NCBI GenBank assembly: GCA_035542775.1
Contig: DATKKX010000078.1
Coordinates: 1 to 23,279 of the forward strand
Length of the DNA stretch: 23,279 nucleotides
Direction of reading: 5' to 3'
From: Phycisphaerae bacterium
GTDB taxonomy: Bacteria > Planctomycetota > Phycisphaerae > UBA1845 > UTPLA1
Made by a program: the position numbers and the translations under genes
Part shown: in pieces, positions 1 to 9,355 of the stretch
Position numbering within the stretch: the first letter of the stretch is position 1
How the letters are laid out: each line of letters begins with the position of its first letter
The notes under the pieces: model-generated
Database searches by the model: none
What the model was told of the DNA's origin: nothing
What the model saw: only the letters and a program-made list of their open reading frames with translations

Positions 1-765
1 CTTTTTGGCAAATATGCGCTACAAAAACGCGTCCAGCATAGACCGGTAGAAAGCAGCAGGTTCGGCTTGCGCATTGCCCATGACAAGGTTCTGCAGGAGA
101 ACGAGGCGGAGAACCTCATGGTTGACCTCCACAAGCGGGCAGCGTGCGCCGATAGTAAGAATTGGGCAGCTGCGCAGCTCGACGAGCTGATTATCATGGC
201 GCTTTTGTCATCAGGATTGCGCAACTCAGAGTTTTGCTCCCTCGCCGTGGGTGATACGATCCTGGGTTCGGGGACGTCCGCGTTCGTGGTCCGGCGGCCT
301 GCCAGGCGAAAGCGGACGGTATTTGTACCCCGTAGAGTCAGTTCGCTGGTTGAGCAGTACGCAGGGACGGTCCGGCCGCGGTTCCTGCCAGAGGGTACGG
401 ACCCGGATGATCGCACAAAGCCGCTGCTGTTCAACGAGCACCGGCGGCCGTTCGACCGGACCGGGCTGTACCGGCGTGTAGTGAGGATCCTGACTGAGGC
501 CGGCTTGGGGGATCGTGCCAACGTGCAGCTTTTGCGCCATACATATGGATACTTGGCGTATCTGCGGACCGGCGGCAATCTGCTGTTCGTGCAGCGCCAG
601 TTGGGACACGCCCACCCCGCCACGACCTGTGTGTACGCGAAGCTGGTCGACGAATCATATTCGGATTTGGCGGAGCGCATTATGCCTGGCGGGCGTCCTA
701 TGGGGGCCATTGAGGGAAAGCCAGGCGGTAAGACGGTGCCGCGGTTTGATTGCGAGATTGACTGA
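1..765 (+). CDS. Tyrosine-type site-specific recombinase/integrase, catalytic C-terminal part (5' end lies outside the window)
   Basis: The 67..765 ORF has the phage-integrase catalytic-domain signature: box I '...[12 protein letters not shown]', box II '[39 protein letters not shown]' (XerC/XerD-like, nucleophile Tyr in 'VYAKL'). Frame 1 has no stop from nt 1 to 67, so the gene almost certainly continues upstream. Confidence 0.75.
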   Translation, partial: LFGKYALQKRVQHRPVESSRFGLRIAHDKVLQENEAENLMVDLHKRAACADSKNWAAAQLDELIIMALLSSGLRNSEFCSLAVGDTILGSGTSAFVVRRPARRKRTVFVPRRVSSLVEQYAGTVRPRFLPEGTDPDDRTKPLLFNEHRRPFDRTGLYRRVVRILTEAGLGDRANVQLLRHTYGYLAYLRTGGNLLFVQRQLGHAHPATTCVYAKLVDESYSDLAERIMPGGRPMGAIEGKPGGKTVPRFDCEID

Positions 766-854
766 TTCGCCGCAGGGGGCGCTCGGGAGGCGGCACCCCA
801 CCGGCGATGCCCTTGCATGGCGGCAGTGATGGAGATCTTTTGAGGCGACGAGGC

Positions 855-2285
<1,431 letters not shown>

Positions 2286-2304
2286 ACAGCAAAGGCTGGA
2301 ACTT

Positions 2305-2952
2305 ATGAGTAGTAGCACCACCAGCAACTTCGATCTGCGCAGCTATGTCTTTCTCGACAGTCTGCAACCGCAGTTTGCCTCCTTCCTGGCCACCGTGGCC
2401 CAAGGCTTCCTGCCGGTCGCGCATCAGGCGTCGCTCTTCGTCGAGATCTCGCCGGGCATCGAGATCAACCGCATCACCGACATCGCCCTCAAGTCCACGC
2501 GAGTGACGCCCGGCATGCAGATCGTCGAACGGCTGTACGGGATGCTCGAGATCCACTCCGACTCGCAGGCGGACATCCGCCAGGCCGGCCGGTCGATTCT
2601 CGCCGCCCTCGAGCTCAAGGAGGACGATCGCATCAAGCCCGTCGTCGTCTCCAGCCAGGTCATCCGTCGCATGGACGACTACCAGACCCAGCTCATCAAC
2701 CGCATGCGGCACGGCAACATGATCCTGCCCGGCCAGACGCTTTACATCATGGAATGCGTTCCGGCCGCTTACGCGGCCATCGCCGCCAATGAGGCCGAGA
2801 AGGCCGCGGAAATCAACATCCTGGAGGTCCGCACCTTCGGGAGTTTTGGGCGCCTTTACCTGGGTGGTGAAGAGCGCGATATCGACGTGGGCTACCGCGC
2901 CGCCGTGCAGGCCGCGCAGGCTGTCACAGGCCGCGTTGTGGAAAAGGTGTAG
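2305..2952 (+). CDS. BMC shell protein, tandem-domain (BMC-T; possibly permuted PduB/EutL-like)
   Basis: 215 aa with two BMC-like halves: '...[31 protein letters not shown]...' and '...[33 protein letters not shown]...' (D/E-x-A-x-K-[AS]-x-x-V pattern). 20 nt downstream of the fusion gene. Confidence 0.6.
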   Translation: MSSSTTSNFDLRSYVFLDSLQPQFASFLATVAQGFLPVAHQASLFVEISPGIEINRITDIALKSTRVTPGMQIVERLYGMLEIHSDSQADIRQAGRSILAALELKEDDRIKPVVVSSQVIRRMDDYQTQLINRMRHGNMILPGQTLYIMECVPAAYAAIAANEAEKAAEINILEVRTFGSFGRLYLGGEERDIDVGYRAAVQAAQAVTGRVVEKV

Positions 2953-2999
2953 ACACAGTCAGACGATTAGTTCTGACACATAGAGGAGTGTATTCGTCA

Positions 3000-3311
3000 A
3001 TGGCAGAAGCGCTTGGAATGATTGAAACGAGGGGCTTTGCCGCCATGGTCGAGGCGTCCGACGCCATGGTCAAGGCCGCGAAAGTGGAACTGGTCTCCTA
3101 CGAGAAGATCGGCGGCGGTTACGTTACCGCCATCGTCCGCGGCGACGTCGCAGCCGTGAAAGCGGCCTGCGATGCCGGGCAGATCGCGGCTTCGCGGGTC
3201 GGCGAAATCGTGTCCGTGCACGTCATCGCCCGGCCGCACACGAACATCGATATCGTGTTGCCGCTGGGACGCGCCGAGCAGGCCGCGGCGGAGATGCAGC
3301 AGCGCAAGTAG
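3000..3311 (+). CDS. BMC-H shell protein (PduA/EutM/CcmK-like hexamer)
   Basis: Canonical '[60 protein letters not shown]'. ATG 3000 is preceded by AGAGGAG (2982-2988). The track ORF starts at GTG 2988. Confidence 0.9.
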   Translation: MAEALGMIETRGFAAMVEASDAMVKAAKVELVSYEKIGGGYVTAIVRGDVAAVKAACDAGQIAASRVGEIVSVHVIARPHTNIDIVLPLGRAEQAAAEMQQRK

Positions 3312-3372
3312 GCGCGGCGCGAGCGGATCGCTGCCCTCGACGCCGCTGATGTACGTGCGAGAAAGGATTTTC

Positions 3373-3392
3373 GCGCGAGCGAACTTTCGCGC
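3373..3392 (+). promoter_or_regulatory. Intra-operon hairpin between the BMC-H and BMC-P genes
   Basis: GCGCGA (3373-3378) pairs with TCGCGC (3387-3392) around an 8-nt loop, inside a 166-nt gap that is unusually long for this otherwise tightly packed operon. Flanked by the direct repeat TTTCGCGC..AGCG ×2. Confidence 0.25.
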
Positions 3393-3477
3393 CAGCGGCG
3401 CACAGAGATGCCGGTGAGGGCACCGGCACCACTTGGGCGGCAGTTCACGTGGAAGGAAGACGCAGCGGAGCATCCAA

Positions 3478-3777
3478 ATGCTACTAGCGAAAGTCTTAGG
3501 CACGGTGGTGTCGACGAAGAAAGAGGAGAGCATGAAGGGCCTCCGCTTCATGCTCGTCCAGCCCGTCGACGCCGATGCGAAGCCCGCCGGCGGCCCGGTC
3601 GTGGCCGTGGACGCCGTTGGCTCCGGTCCCGGCGAGTACGTCCTCTACGCCACGGGCAGTTCCGCCCGCCAGACGGTCGCGACGGACAAGCGTCCTTGCG
3701 ACGCTGTCATCATGGCCATCGTGGACAACTGGGAGGTAGGCGGCGACATCAAGTACCGCAAGGGCAAAGGCGGCTAA
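3478..3777 (+). CDS. BMC-P vertex protein (EutN/CcmL/PduN family), paralog 1
   Basis: 'MLLAKVLGTVVSTKK...LRFMLVQPVD...PVVAVDAVGSGPGEYVLYATGSSAR...DAVIMAIVD' fits the EutN/CcmL fold pattern. ATG 3478 with GGAG 7 nt upstream. The track ORF starts at TTG 3433. Confidence 0.85.
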   Translation: MLLAKVLGTVVSTKKEESMKGLRFMLVQPVDADAKPAGGPVVAVDAVGSGPGEYVLYATGSSARQTVATDKRPCDAVIMAIVDNWEVGGDIKYRKGKGG

Positions 3778-3813
3778 CGACGGGACGTTACGCGATGATT
3801 CAGGAGCATGCCC

Positions 3814-5277
3814 ATGTCTCGGCTGAGTGATGAGCACGTGGATCAGATCGCCCGGCGGGTACTGCAGCGCCTCGGTCCGTCCTCGGTCCCACCTCCGGCC
3901 GCTCCGGGACGGCTGTCGACCGCCGAGGCCCGTGCTCTGGGCGACCCCGACAGGCCGGGCGTTTTCGACAAGCTCGATGACGCCATCGAGGCTGCAAGCC
4001 AGGCCTACCGCGCTCTCGATGCGATGTCGCTGGCGATCCGCGACAAGTTCATCGCCAACATCCGCGAGGTGATACTCGCCAACGCCGAGACCCTGGCCCG
4101 TGAAGCCCAACAGGAAACCGGCCTGGGCCGCTGGGAAGACAAACTGGTCAAGAACCGGCTCGTCGCCACCAAGACGCCGGGGACGGAAGATCTTGTGCCG
4201 CGGGCAGCCAGCGGCGACCACGGCCTGATGATCATGGAGCGGGCACCTTTCGGCGTCATCGGCTCGATCACACCCAGCACGAATCCGACTTCCACGATTA
4301 TCTGCAACACCATCGGCATGGTCGCGGCGGGAAATGCCGTCGTCTTCAATGTTCACCCCTCCGCCAAGCGAACGTCCGTCCACACGGTCGCCTTGCTCAA
4401 CGAAGCGATCATGAAGGCGGGTGGTCCCCGCAACATGATCACGACGCTCTCCGAGCCGACGATCGAATCCGCCCAGGCGATGATGAAGCACCCGGGCATC
4501 CGCCTGCTGGTCGTCACCGGCGGCCCCGGCGTCGTCAAGGTCGCCATGGGGAGCGGCAAGCGGGCCATCTGCGCAGGCCCCGGCAACCCGCCGGTCGTCG
4601 TCGATGAAACCGCCAACATCGATCAGGCCGCACGGGACATCGTTCGCGGCGGCTCCTTTGACAACAACGTCGTATGCATCGATGAGAAAGAGGTCCTGGT
4701 CGTCAGCTCCGTTGCTGACGCGTTGCTCAAGGCTCTGCCGAAGCATGGCGCCGTCGTCCTCAATGACACCCAAACCAGGCAGCTATCGAATGCCATCTTT
4801 GAAAAACGGCATGGCCCGCGCGAAGAGGGCGCTATGAAGAAGGAGTTCATCGGCAAGAACGCCTCCGTCATCCTCAGCGCCATCGGCATGAACGTCGGCA
4901 ATGACGTTCGCCTGGCGGTCGTCGATGTGCCGTTCAGCGACCCACTGGTCTGGACGGAACAGCTTATGCCGGTCATGCCGGTGACTCGCGTGTCCGACGT
5001 GGACGAGGCCATCGACGCGGCCGTCCTGGTCGAGGGCGGCCGACGGCACACGGCGGTCATGCACTCGCGCAACATTGACAAACTCAGCCGCATGGCCCGG
5101 CTGGCGAATTGCAGCATCTTCGTGAAAAACGGCCCCGCTTTCGCCGGTCTGGGTGAAGGGGGCGAGGGATATTCATCGTTTTCGATTGCCAGCCCAACAG
5201 GCGAAGGTCTCACCGGGCCGCGCAGCTTTTCGCGTGAACGCCGCTGCGTGCTGGTGGACCATTTTCGGATTGTGTGA
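3814..5277 (+). CDS. CoA-acylating aldehyde dehydrogenase (PduP/EutE family) with N-terminal encapsulation peptide
   Basis: N-terminus 'MSRLSDEHVDQIARRVLQRLG' followed by a Pro-rich linker. Catalytic motif 'SFDNNVVCIDEKEV' (PduP/EutE-type Cys). 'GAGPGNPP' CoA/NAD region. AGGAG sits 7 nt before ATG 3814; the alternative ATG is at 3808. Confidence 0.9.
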   Translation: MSRLSDEHVDQIARRVLQRLGPSSVPPPAAPGRLSTAEARALGDPDRPGVFDKLDDAIEAASQAYRALDAMSLAIRDKFIANIREVILANAETLAREAQQETGLGRWEDKLVKNRLVATKTPGTEDLVPRAASGDHGLMIMERAPFGVIGSITPSTNPTSTIICNTIGMVAAGNAVVFNVHPSAKRTSVHTVALLNEAIMKAGGPRNMITTLSEPTIESAQAMMKHPGIRLLVVTGGPGVVKVAMGSGKRAICAGPGNPPVVVDETANIDQAARDIVRGGSFDNNVVCIDEKEVLVVSSVADALLKALPKHGAVVLNDTQTRQLSNAIFEKRHGPREEGAMKKEFIGKNASVILSAIGMNVGNDVRLAVVDVPFSDPLVWTEQLMPVMPVTRVSDVDEAIDAAVLVEGGRRHTAVMHSRNIDKLSRMARLANCSIFVKNGPAFAGLGEGGEGYSSFSIASPTGEGLTGPRSFSRERRCVLVDHFRIV

Positions 5278-5849
5278 TGACACCGCCCGCCATTGCAGTA
5301 CTGGAGTTCGACAGCATCGCCGTCGGCACGCGCGCCGCCGACGCGATGGTCAAGAGAGCCCCCATCACCGTCTTCCGGATCGGCACGGTCCACCCCGGCA
5401 AGTTCATCGTGCTGGTCGGGGGGAGCGTGGCCGACGTGCAGGAATCCCGGACGGAAGGGCTACTCGTCGGCGGGGCATCGGTTCGCAGCGAGATTCTGTT
5501 GCCGGACGTCCATCAACAGGTCTTTGACGCCGTCAGCGGCAAGCGTCAGGCCAATACCGGCGACGCGCTCGGTGTTATCGAGACGACATCGATTCCGATC
5601 AACGTCGCCGCCGCGGACAAGGCGGTCAAGACCGCCGATGTCACCATCATCGAGATCCGTCTCGGTGACGGGCTCGGTGGAAAGGGCATCACGCATATGG
5701 CCGGTCTGCTCCATGAGGTGCAGGCTGCCGTCGAGGCCGGAGTGGCCGTCGCCACGCGCGTGGACGGCACCGTGTGCCAGAGCATTATCCCGATCCAGCA
5801 CGTTGAGCTGCGCGAGCAGGTGAACAAGGCCACGGAGTTCTACAAGTGA
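5277..5849 (+). CDS. BMC-T shell protein, two canonical tandem BMC domains (PduT-like size, ~190 aa)
   Basis: Domain 1 'IAVLEFDSIAVGTRAADAMVKRAPITVFRIGTVHPGKFIVLVGGSVADV'. Domain 2 'ALGVIETTSIPINVAAADKAVKTADVTIIEIRLGDGLGGKGITHMAG'. ATG 5277 overlaps the ALDH stop TGA (TGATG). GTG 5274 is the alternative start. Confidence 0.75.
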   Translation: MTPPAIAVLEFDSIAVGTRAADAMVKRAPITVFRIGTVHPGKFIVLVGGSVADVQESRTEGLLVGGASVRSEILLPDVHQQVFDAVSGKRQANTGDALGVIETTSIPINVAAADKAVKTADVTIIEIRLGDGLGGKGITHMAGLLHEVQAAVEAGVAVATRVDGTVCQSIIPIQHVELREQVNKATEFYK

Positions 5850-5889
5850 CCGCGCCGGCCGTCATCGTCGTCCAAGCGGAGTCATCGCG

Positions 5890-6174
5890 ATGCTTCTAGG
5901 GCGCGTCATCGGGACCGTTACTCCCTGCGCCGTGTACACCGGTCTGGCAGGCGTGCCTTTTCTGCTGGTTCAGCCGCTCGATCGCGTGGGAAAGGTTACC
6001 GGCAAGCCACTTGTCGCCGCGGATGCGACCAAGATGGCCGGCCCCGGCGAGCTGATCCTGTATGAAGGCGGGCGTGAGGCGGCGTTGGCCCTGGACCCCT
6101 GGTTTGTGCCCGTCGATCACACCATCGTCGGCATCGTCGATCATGTCGACCGTGAGGGATGGAGAAGAGCATGA
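5890..6174 (+). CDS. BMC-P vertex protein (EutN/CcmL family), paralog 2
   Basis: 'MLLGRVIGTVTPCAVYTGLAGVPFLLVQPLD...GELILYEGGREAAL...TIVGIVDHVD'. GGAG 9 nt upstream of the ATG. Confidence 0.8.
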   Translation: MLLGRVIGTVTPCAVYTGLAGVPFLLVQPLDRVGKVTGKPLVAADATKMAGPGELILYEGGREAALALDPWFVPVDHTIVGIVDHVDREGWRRA

Positions 6175-6446
6175 TCCTGTGCCGCGTCAAGGGCGAAGTG
6201 GTCGCCACCATCAAGCATCCGGCCTACAACAACTGGCGGATGCTGTTCCTGGATCGCATCGACCCCGGCGGCAAGGAGACCGGCGCATACCTCATCGCTC
6301 TCGATGCCGTCGACGCCGATCTTGGACAGACCGTCCTGGTCATCGATGAAGGCAATTCCGCCCGGCAGGTGGTCGGCGATCCGCAGGCCCCGATCCGCTC
6401 GGTCATCATCGGTATCGTCGATGAGATTGCCGTTACAGCATCGTGA
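6171..6446 (+). CDS. BMC-P vertex protein (EutN/CcmL family), paralog 3
   Basis: 'MILCRVKGEVVATIKHP...MLFLDRID...AYLIALDAVDADLGQTVLVIDEGNSAR...VIIGIVDEI'. ATG 6171 overlaps the stop of paralog 2 (ATGA), with GGAG at 6162-6165. Upstream ATG 6159 is the alternative start. Confidence 0.8.
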   Translation: MILCRVKGEVVATIKHPAYNNWRMLFLDRIDPGGKETGAYLIALDAVDADLGQTVLVIDEGNSARQVVGDPQAPIRSVIIGIVDEIAVTAS

Positions 6447-6468
6447 CGTCTCGAGGTCACGTTCGACT

Positions 6469-8028
6469 ATGACAGCTCGCGATCTTGTCATTGGCGTAGA
6501 TAGCGGCACACAGTCCACCAAAGTCGTGCTGGTCGACGGCGAAACCGGCGAGGTGGTGGCCGCGGCGAGCGTTCCGCACCGACTGATCGAAGGCCTGCCG
6601 CCCGGGCACCTGGAACAGCGTGCCGAGGACTGGTTCACGGCCTTGGAAGAGGCACTCCAGGCGGCCCTCGCTGATCATTCAGCGGATCCGAAGCATATCC
6701 GTGCCATTGGCGTATCCGGCCAACAGCATGGACTGGTTGCGCTGGACGCCGACGGCCGAGTGATCCGGCCGGCCAAGCTCTGGTGCGACACGTCAACCGC
6801 AAAGCAATGCGAAGAGATCATCGCCCGTGTCGGCGGCCTGGCCCGCTACATAGAGCTCACCGGTAACGGCCTGCCGCCCGGGTTCACAGCATCCAAGCTC
6901 GCCTGGCTGAAAGAGCGTGAGCCGGCGAACTACGCCAGGCTGCGAACCGTATTGCTGCCGCACGACTATCTGAACTACCGGTTGACGGGCCTGTGCCGGA
7001 TGGAGCCCGGGGACGCATCGGGCACGGCGCTGCTCGATGTCCGCCGCCGAACGTGGTGCACCGAAGTCATTGCCGCAATCGACGGCGCGCTCGTCGAAAA
7101 GCTTCCGTCATTGATGGCCAACGATCAGCCTTGCGGAATGCTGAGAAAGGAACTAGCCGACAAATGGGGTCTGCCCGGCGACGTTCTGGTCGCGTCCGGC
7201 GGTGGGGACAACATGATGTCCGCCATCGGAACCGGCAACGTGACCGACGGCGTCGTCACGGTCAGCCTGGGCACGTCGGGCACGATCTTTGCCTATTCAT
7301 CCTCACCGATCGTGGACCCGTTGGGCGAAATCGCGGCGTTTTGTGACAGCACCGGTGCGTGGTTGCCACTGATTTGTACCATGAACGTTACCGTGGCCAC
7401 CGAGCTCACCAAGGCTCTATTCGGTTTGAACAATGAGCAGCTCGACAGCGCCGCCGCCCGTGTGCCAGTCGGCAGCGCTGGTCTCATGTTGCTGCCCTAC
7501 TTTGAAGGTGAACGCACACCCAACGTGCCCAACGGCACGGGCGTATGGTTCGGAGCCAACCGCCGAACCCACACCCCGGCCCACTTTGCGCGGGCAGCGA
7601 TGGAGGGCGCGACATTGGGCCTGAACTACGGCCTGAGACGCTTGCGAGAGTTGGGAGTCGCGGACGAAGAGATCCGCCTGACCGGCGGCGGCGCCAACAG
7701 TGCCGCCTGGCGGCGGATCGCGGCTGACGTATTCAACCGACCGGTCGTCTGCCTCGCCCAGACCGAGGCCGCGGCGTTCGGTGCGGCGATGCAAGCGGCA
7801 TGGTGCTGGCAGAAACAGCGCCTGCCGCAACTGACTATCAGCCGGCTCGCCGAGCGATGGATAGTACCGCTGGAGCAGACGCGAGTGCTCCCCAATCCGC
7901 GAAACGCGGAGCGCTATGCTCGGTTGCAGCGGCTGCACGATCGGCTTTCTATTGCCTTGCGTGAGTCGTTCGATATGCATCGCGAGATCGCGTTGGAGGG
8001 TTTTGAGGGTGGGAGGGCAGGACTATGA
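6469..8028 (+). CDS. xylB: FGGY-family carbohydrate kinase, xylulokinase-like
   Basis: 'LVIGVDSGTQSTKVVLVDGETGEVVAAAS', 'IRAIGVSGQQHGLVALDADGRVIRPAKLWCD', 'GFTASKLAWLKEREPANYARLRTVLLPHDYLNYRLTG', 'GGGDNMMSAIGTG', 'LPYFEGERTP' align along E. coli XylB. ATG 6469 lies 22 nt after BMC-P3. The track ORF start at 6304 is upstream read-through. Confidence 0.85.
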   Translation: MTARDLVIGVDSGTQSTKVVLVDGETGEVVAAASVPHRLIEGLPPGHLEQRAEDWFTALEEALQAALADHSADPKHIRAIGVSGQQHGLVALDADGRVIRPAKLWCDTSTAKQCEEIIARVGGLARYIELTGNGLPPGFTASKLAWLKEREPANYARLRTVLLPHDYLNYRLTGLCRMEPGDASGTALLDVRRRTWCTEVIAAIDGALVEKLPSLMANDQPCGMLRKELADKWGLPGDVLVASGGGDNMMSAIGTGNVTDGVVTVSLGTSGTIFAYSSSPIVDPLGEIAAFCDSTGAWLPLICTMNVTVATELTKALFGLNNEQLDSAAARVPVGSAGLMLLPYFEGERTPNVPNGTGVWFGANRRTHTPAHFARAAMEGATLGLNYGLRRLRELGVADEEIRLTGGGANSAAWRRIAADVFNRPVVCLAQTEAAAFGAAMQAAWCWQKQRLPQLTISRLAERWIVPLEQTRVLPNPRNAERYARLQRLHDRLSIALRESFDMHREIALEGFEGGRAGL

Positions 8029-9149
8029 CGTACGTGCTGTGCGATCTTCGTTATCAGAAAGTCAGGCGAACCCGAGCCGAGTTGCTCAACCATTTGAAGC
8101 ACTTCCGGCTCAAGCCGCGCATTTCCGTGGGCATCTGGTACTTCACGCCCGGCGGCGGACGCTTTCACGATCACTATGTACCGCCCGCCGGCATCGCCGA
8201 GCGCCTGGAGATGGCGGCGGAGCTGGCCCCACTCGGCGTCAGCGGGATTGAGGCCCACTATCCCGCGGAAGTGAACGAAGAGAATCTGCATCTGTACAAG
8301 AAGCTGGAGGAACAGGCCGGCATCCGTCTGGCCGCAATTCCATTCTCCCATTTCTTCGACAAGGATTTCGAGTTCGGCAGCCTGTCCAGCCCGTACCCCG
8401 CGGTCCGCCGCAAAGCCGTCGAGATAGCCATTGGCGGCCTGAAGCTTGTTCGAGACGCCGGAGCTTCGGTGGCGATCTCCTGGCCGGGCATCGACGGCTA
8501 CACCTACTCTTTGGGCACGGTATTCCCGTGGATGTGGGATCGATTCGAAGGAGCGTTGGCGGAGGCCATGGACGAGGTTCCCGGCGTGCGGGTCGCCATC
8601 GAGCCGAAGCCTTATGAGCCGGCCCCAAACAACATCTATCGCACGACTGCCGAGGGCATCCTCGCGGCACAGCGGATCGAGGCCCGGCTGACCAACGTCG
8701 TCAACCGCAAACTCCTTGACGCGGGACACGCCCTCGTCGGCTTGAATCCCGAGATCGGGCACGTCCGCATGGGGGGGGAGGATTGCGCCGCCGTGTTCAG
8801 CGTGGTCGGAGTCGAGGGGCGGCTGGCACATACGCACTGGAACTCGCAGCCACTCGGCAACTACGACCAGGATCTGAATATCGGAGTAGTCGACTGGCAG
8901 CAAGCGGAGGCCCTGCTGTTTGCCCTTTGGCAAATGGGCTACGCCGAGTGGTTTGGAATCGACATCAATCCCGAGCGAATACCGGTGCGCAAGGCGGTCG
9001 AAATCAATGTGACCGTCTTGCGGATTCTGCAGGAGCGGATTGAGGTGCTGCCCGTGGAGAGGATTCTGGATTGCGCTGAGGATCCGGCCGCTCATCGTGG
9101 CGAACTCGAGATGATCCTGGCGGAGACCTTTCGCCGCCGGCCGTTGTGA
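8025..9149 (+). CDS. Xylose-isomerase-family (class I XylA-like TIM barrel) sugar isomerase, divergent
   Basis: 'VAIEPKPYEP' (XylA IEPKPxEP motif), 'GLNPEIGHVRMGG' (NPEVGH metal site) and 'GNYDQDLNIG' (DQD metal ligands) are present. Length 374 aa fits a class I XylA. ATG overlaps the kinase stop (ATGA) with GGGAGGG 7 nt upstream. Confidence 0.7.
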   Translation: MTYVLCDLRYQKVRRTRAELLNHLKHFRLKPRISVGIWYFTPGGGRFHDHYVPPAGIAERLEMAAELAPLGVSGIEAHYPAEVNEENLHLYKKLEEQAGIRLAAIPFSHFFDKDFEFGSLSSPYPAVRRKAVEIAIGGLKLVRDAGASVAISWPGIDGYTYSLGTVFPWMWDRFEGALAEAMDEVPGVRVAIEPKPYEPAPNNIYRTTAEGILAAQRIEARLTNVVNRKLLDAGHALVGLNPEIGHVRMGGEDCAAVFSVVGVEGRLAHTHWNSQPLGNYDQDLNIGVVDWQQAEALLFALWQMGYAEWFGIDINPERIPVRKAVEINVTVLRILQERIEVLPVERILDCAEDPAAHRGELEMILAETFRRRPL

Positions 9150-9303
9150 TCTTCCCCGATTGGGCTGCAAGCCCTCGGCACGTGCCCGCTCCGTCCCCAT
9201 TGGCATTGCAGACAACACCGCCACGGAATGATGCTTTCACAAGGCTCTTTGTCTGAACAACCGCAAAGAAAGCCGGTTTCAATTCTCCGGGCGATGCCGG
9301 CTC

Positions 9304-9313
9304 GTGGTAGAAT
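9304..9313 (+). promoter_or_regulatory. Candidate extended −10 promoter element (TGgTAGAAT) upstream of the nuclease gene
   Basis: TG-n-TAGAAT at 9305-9313, ~43 nt upstream of GTG 9356. No convincing −35. Lies in the only sizeable + strand intergenic gap (9150-9355). Confidence 0.2.
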
Positions 9314-9355
9314 AGCACCGGCGAGAGAGACCGCAGGGGATGGGAGATCTACAAC

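Noticed and set aside
1-20. Sigma-54-like TGGCA-N6-TGCG at the very start of the window
   Set aside because: It lies inside the open reading frame of the integrase, and the −12 element (ATGCG) is a poor match to TTGCW. Most likely chance.
807-854. Upstream ATG 807 as the start of the RpiB–DeoC fusion
   Set aside because: The nearest GGAGG is 15 nt upstream, which is too far. The encoded extension '[16 protein letters not shown]' precedes the RpiB fold start. ATG 855 has better spacing, though 807 cannot be excluded.
3496-4773. 425-aa − strand ORF
   Set aside because: It is antisense to the aldehyde dehydrogenase gene, which has an unambiguous PduP/EutE signature. The − frame is a compositionally biased (Asp/Gly/Arg/Ala) shadow.
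6304-6468. 5' extension of the kinase ORF to position 6304 (574 aa in the track)
   Set aside because: The extension overlaps BMC-P3 in another frame and is Arg/Ser-rich. XylB homology begins exactly at ATG 6469 ('MTARDLVIGVDSGTQ'), so the upstream part is read-through, not coding.
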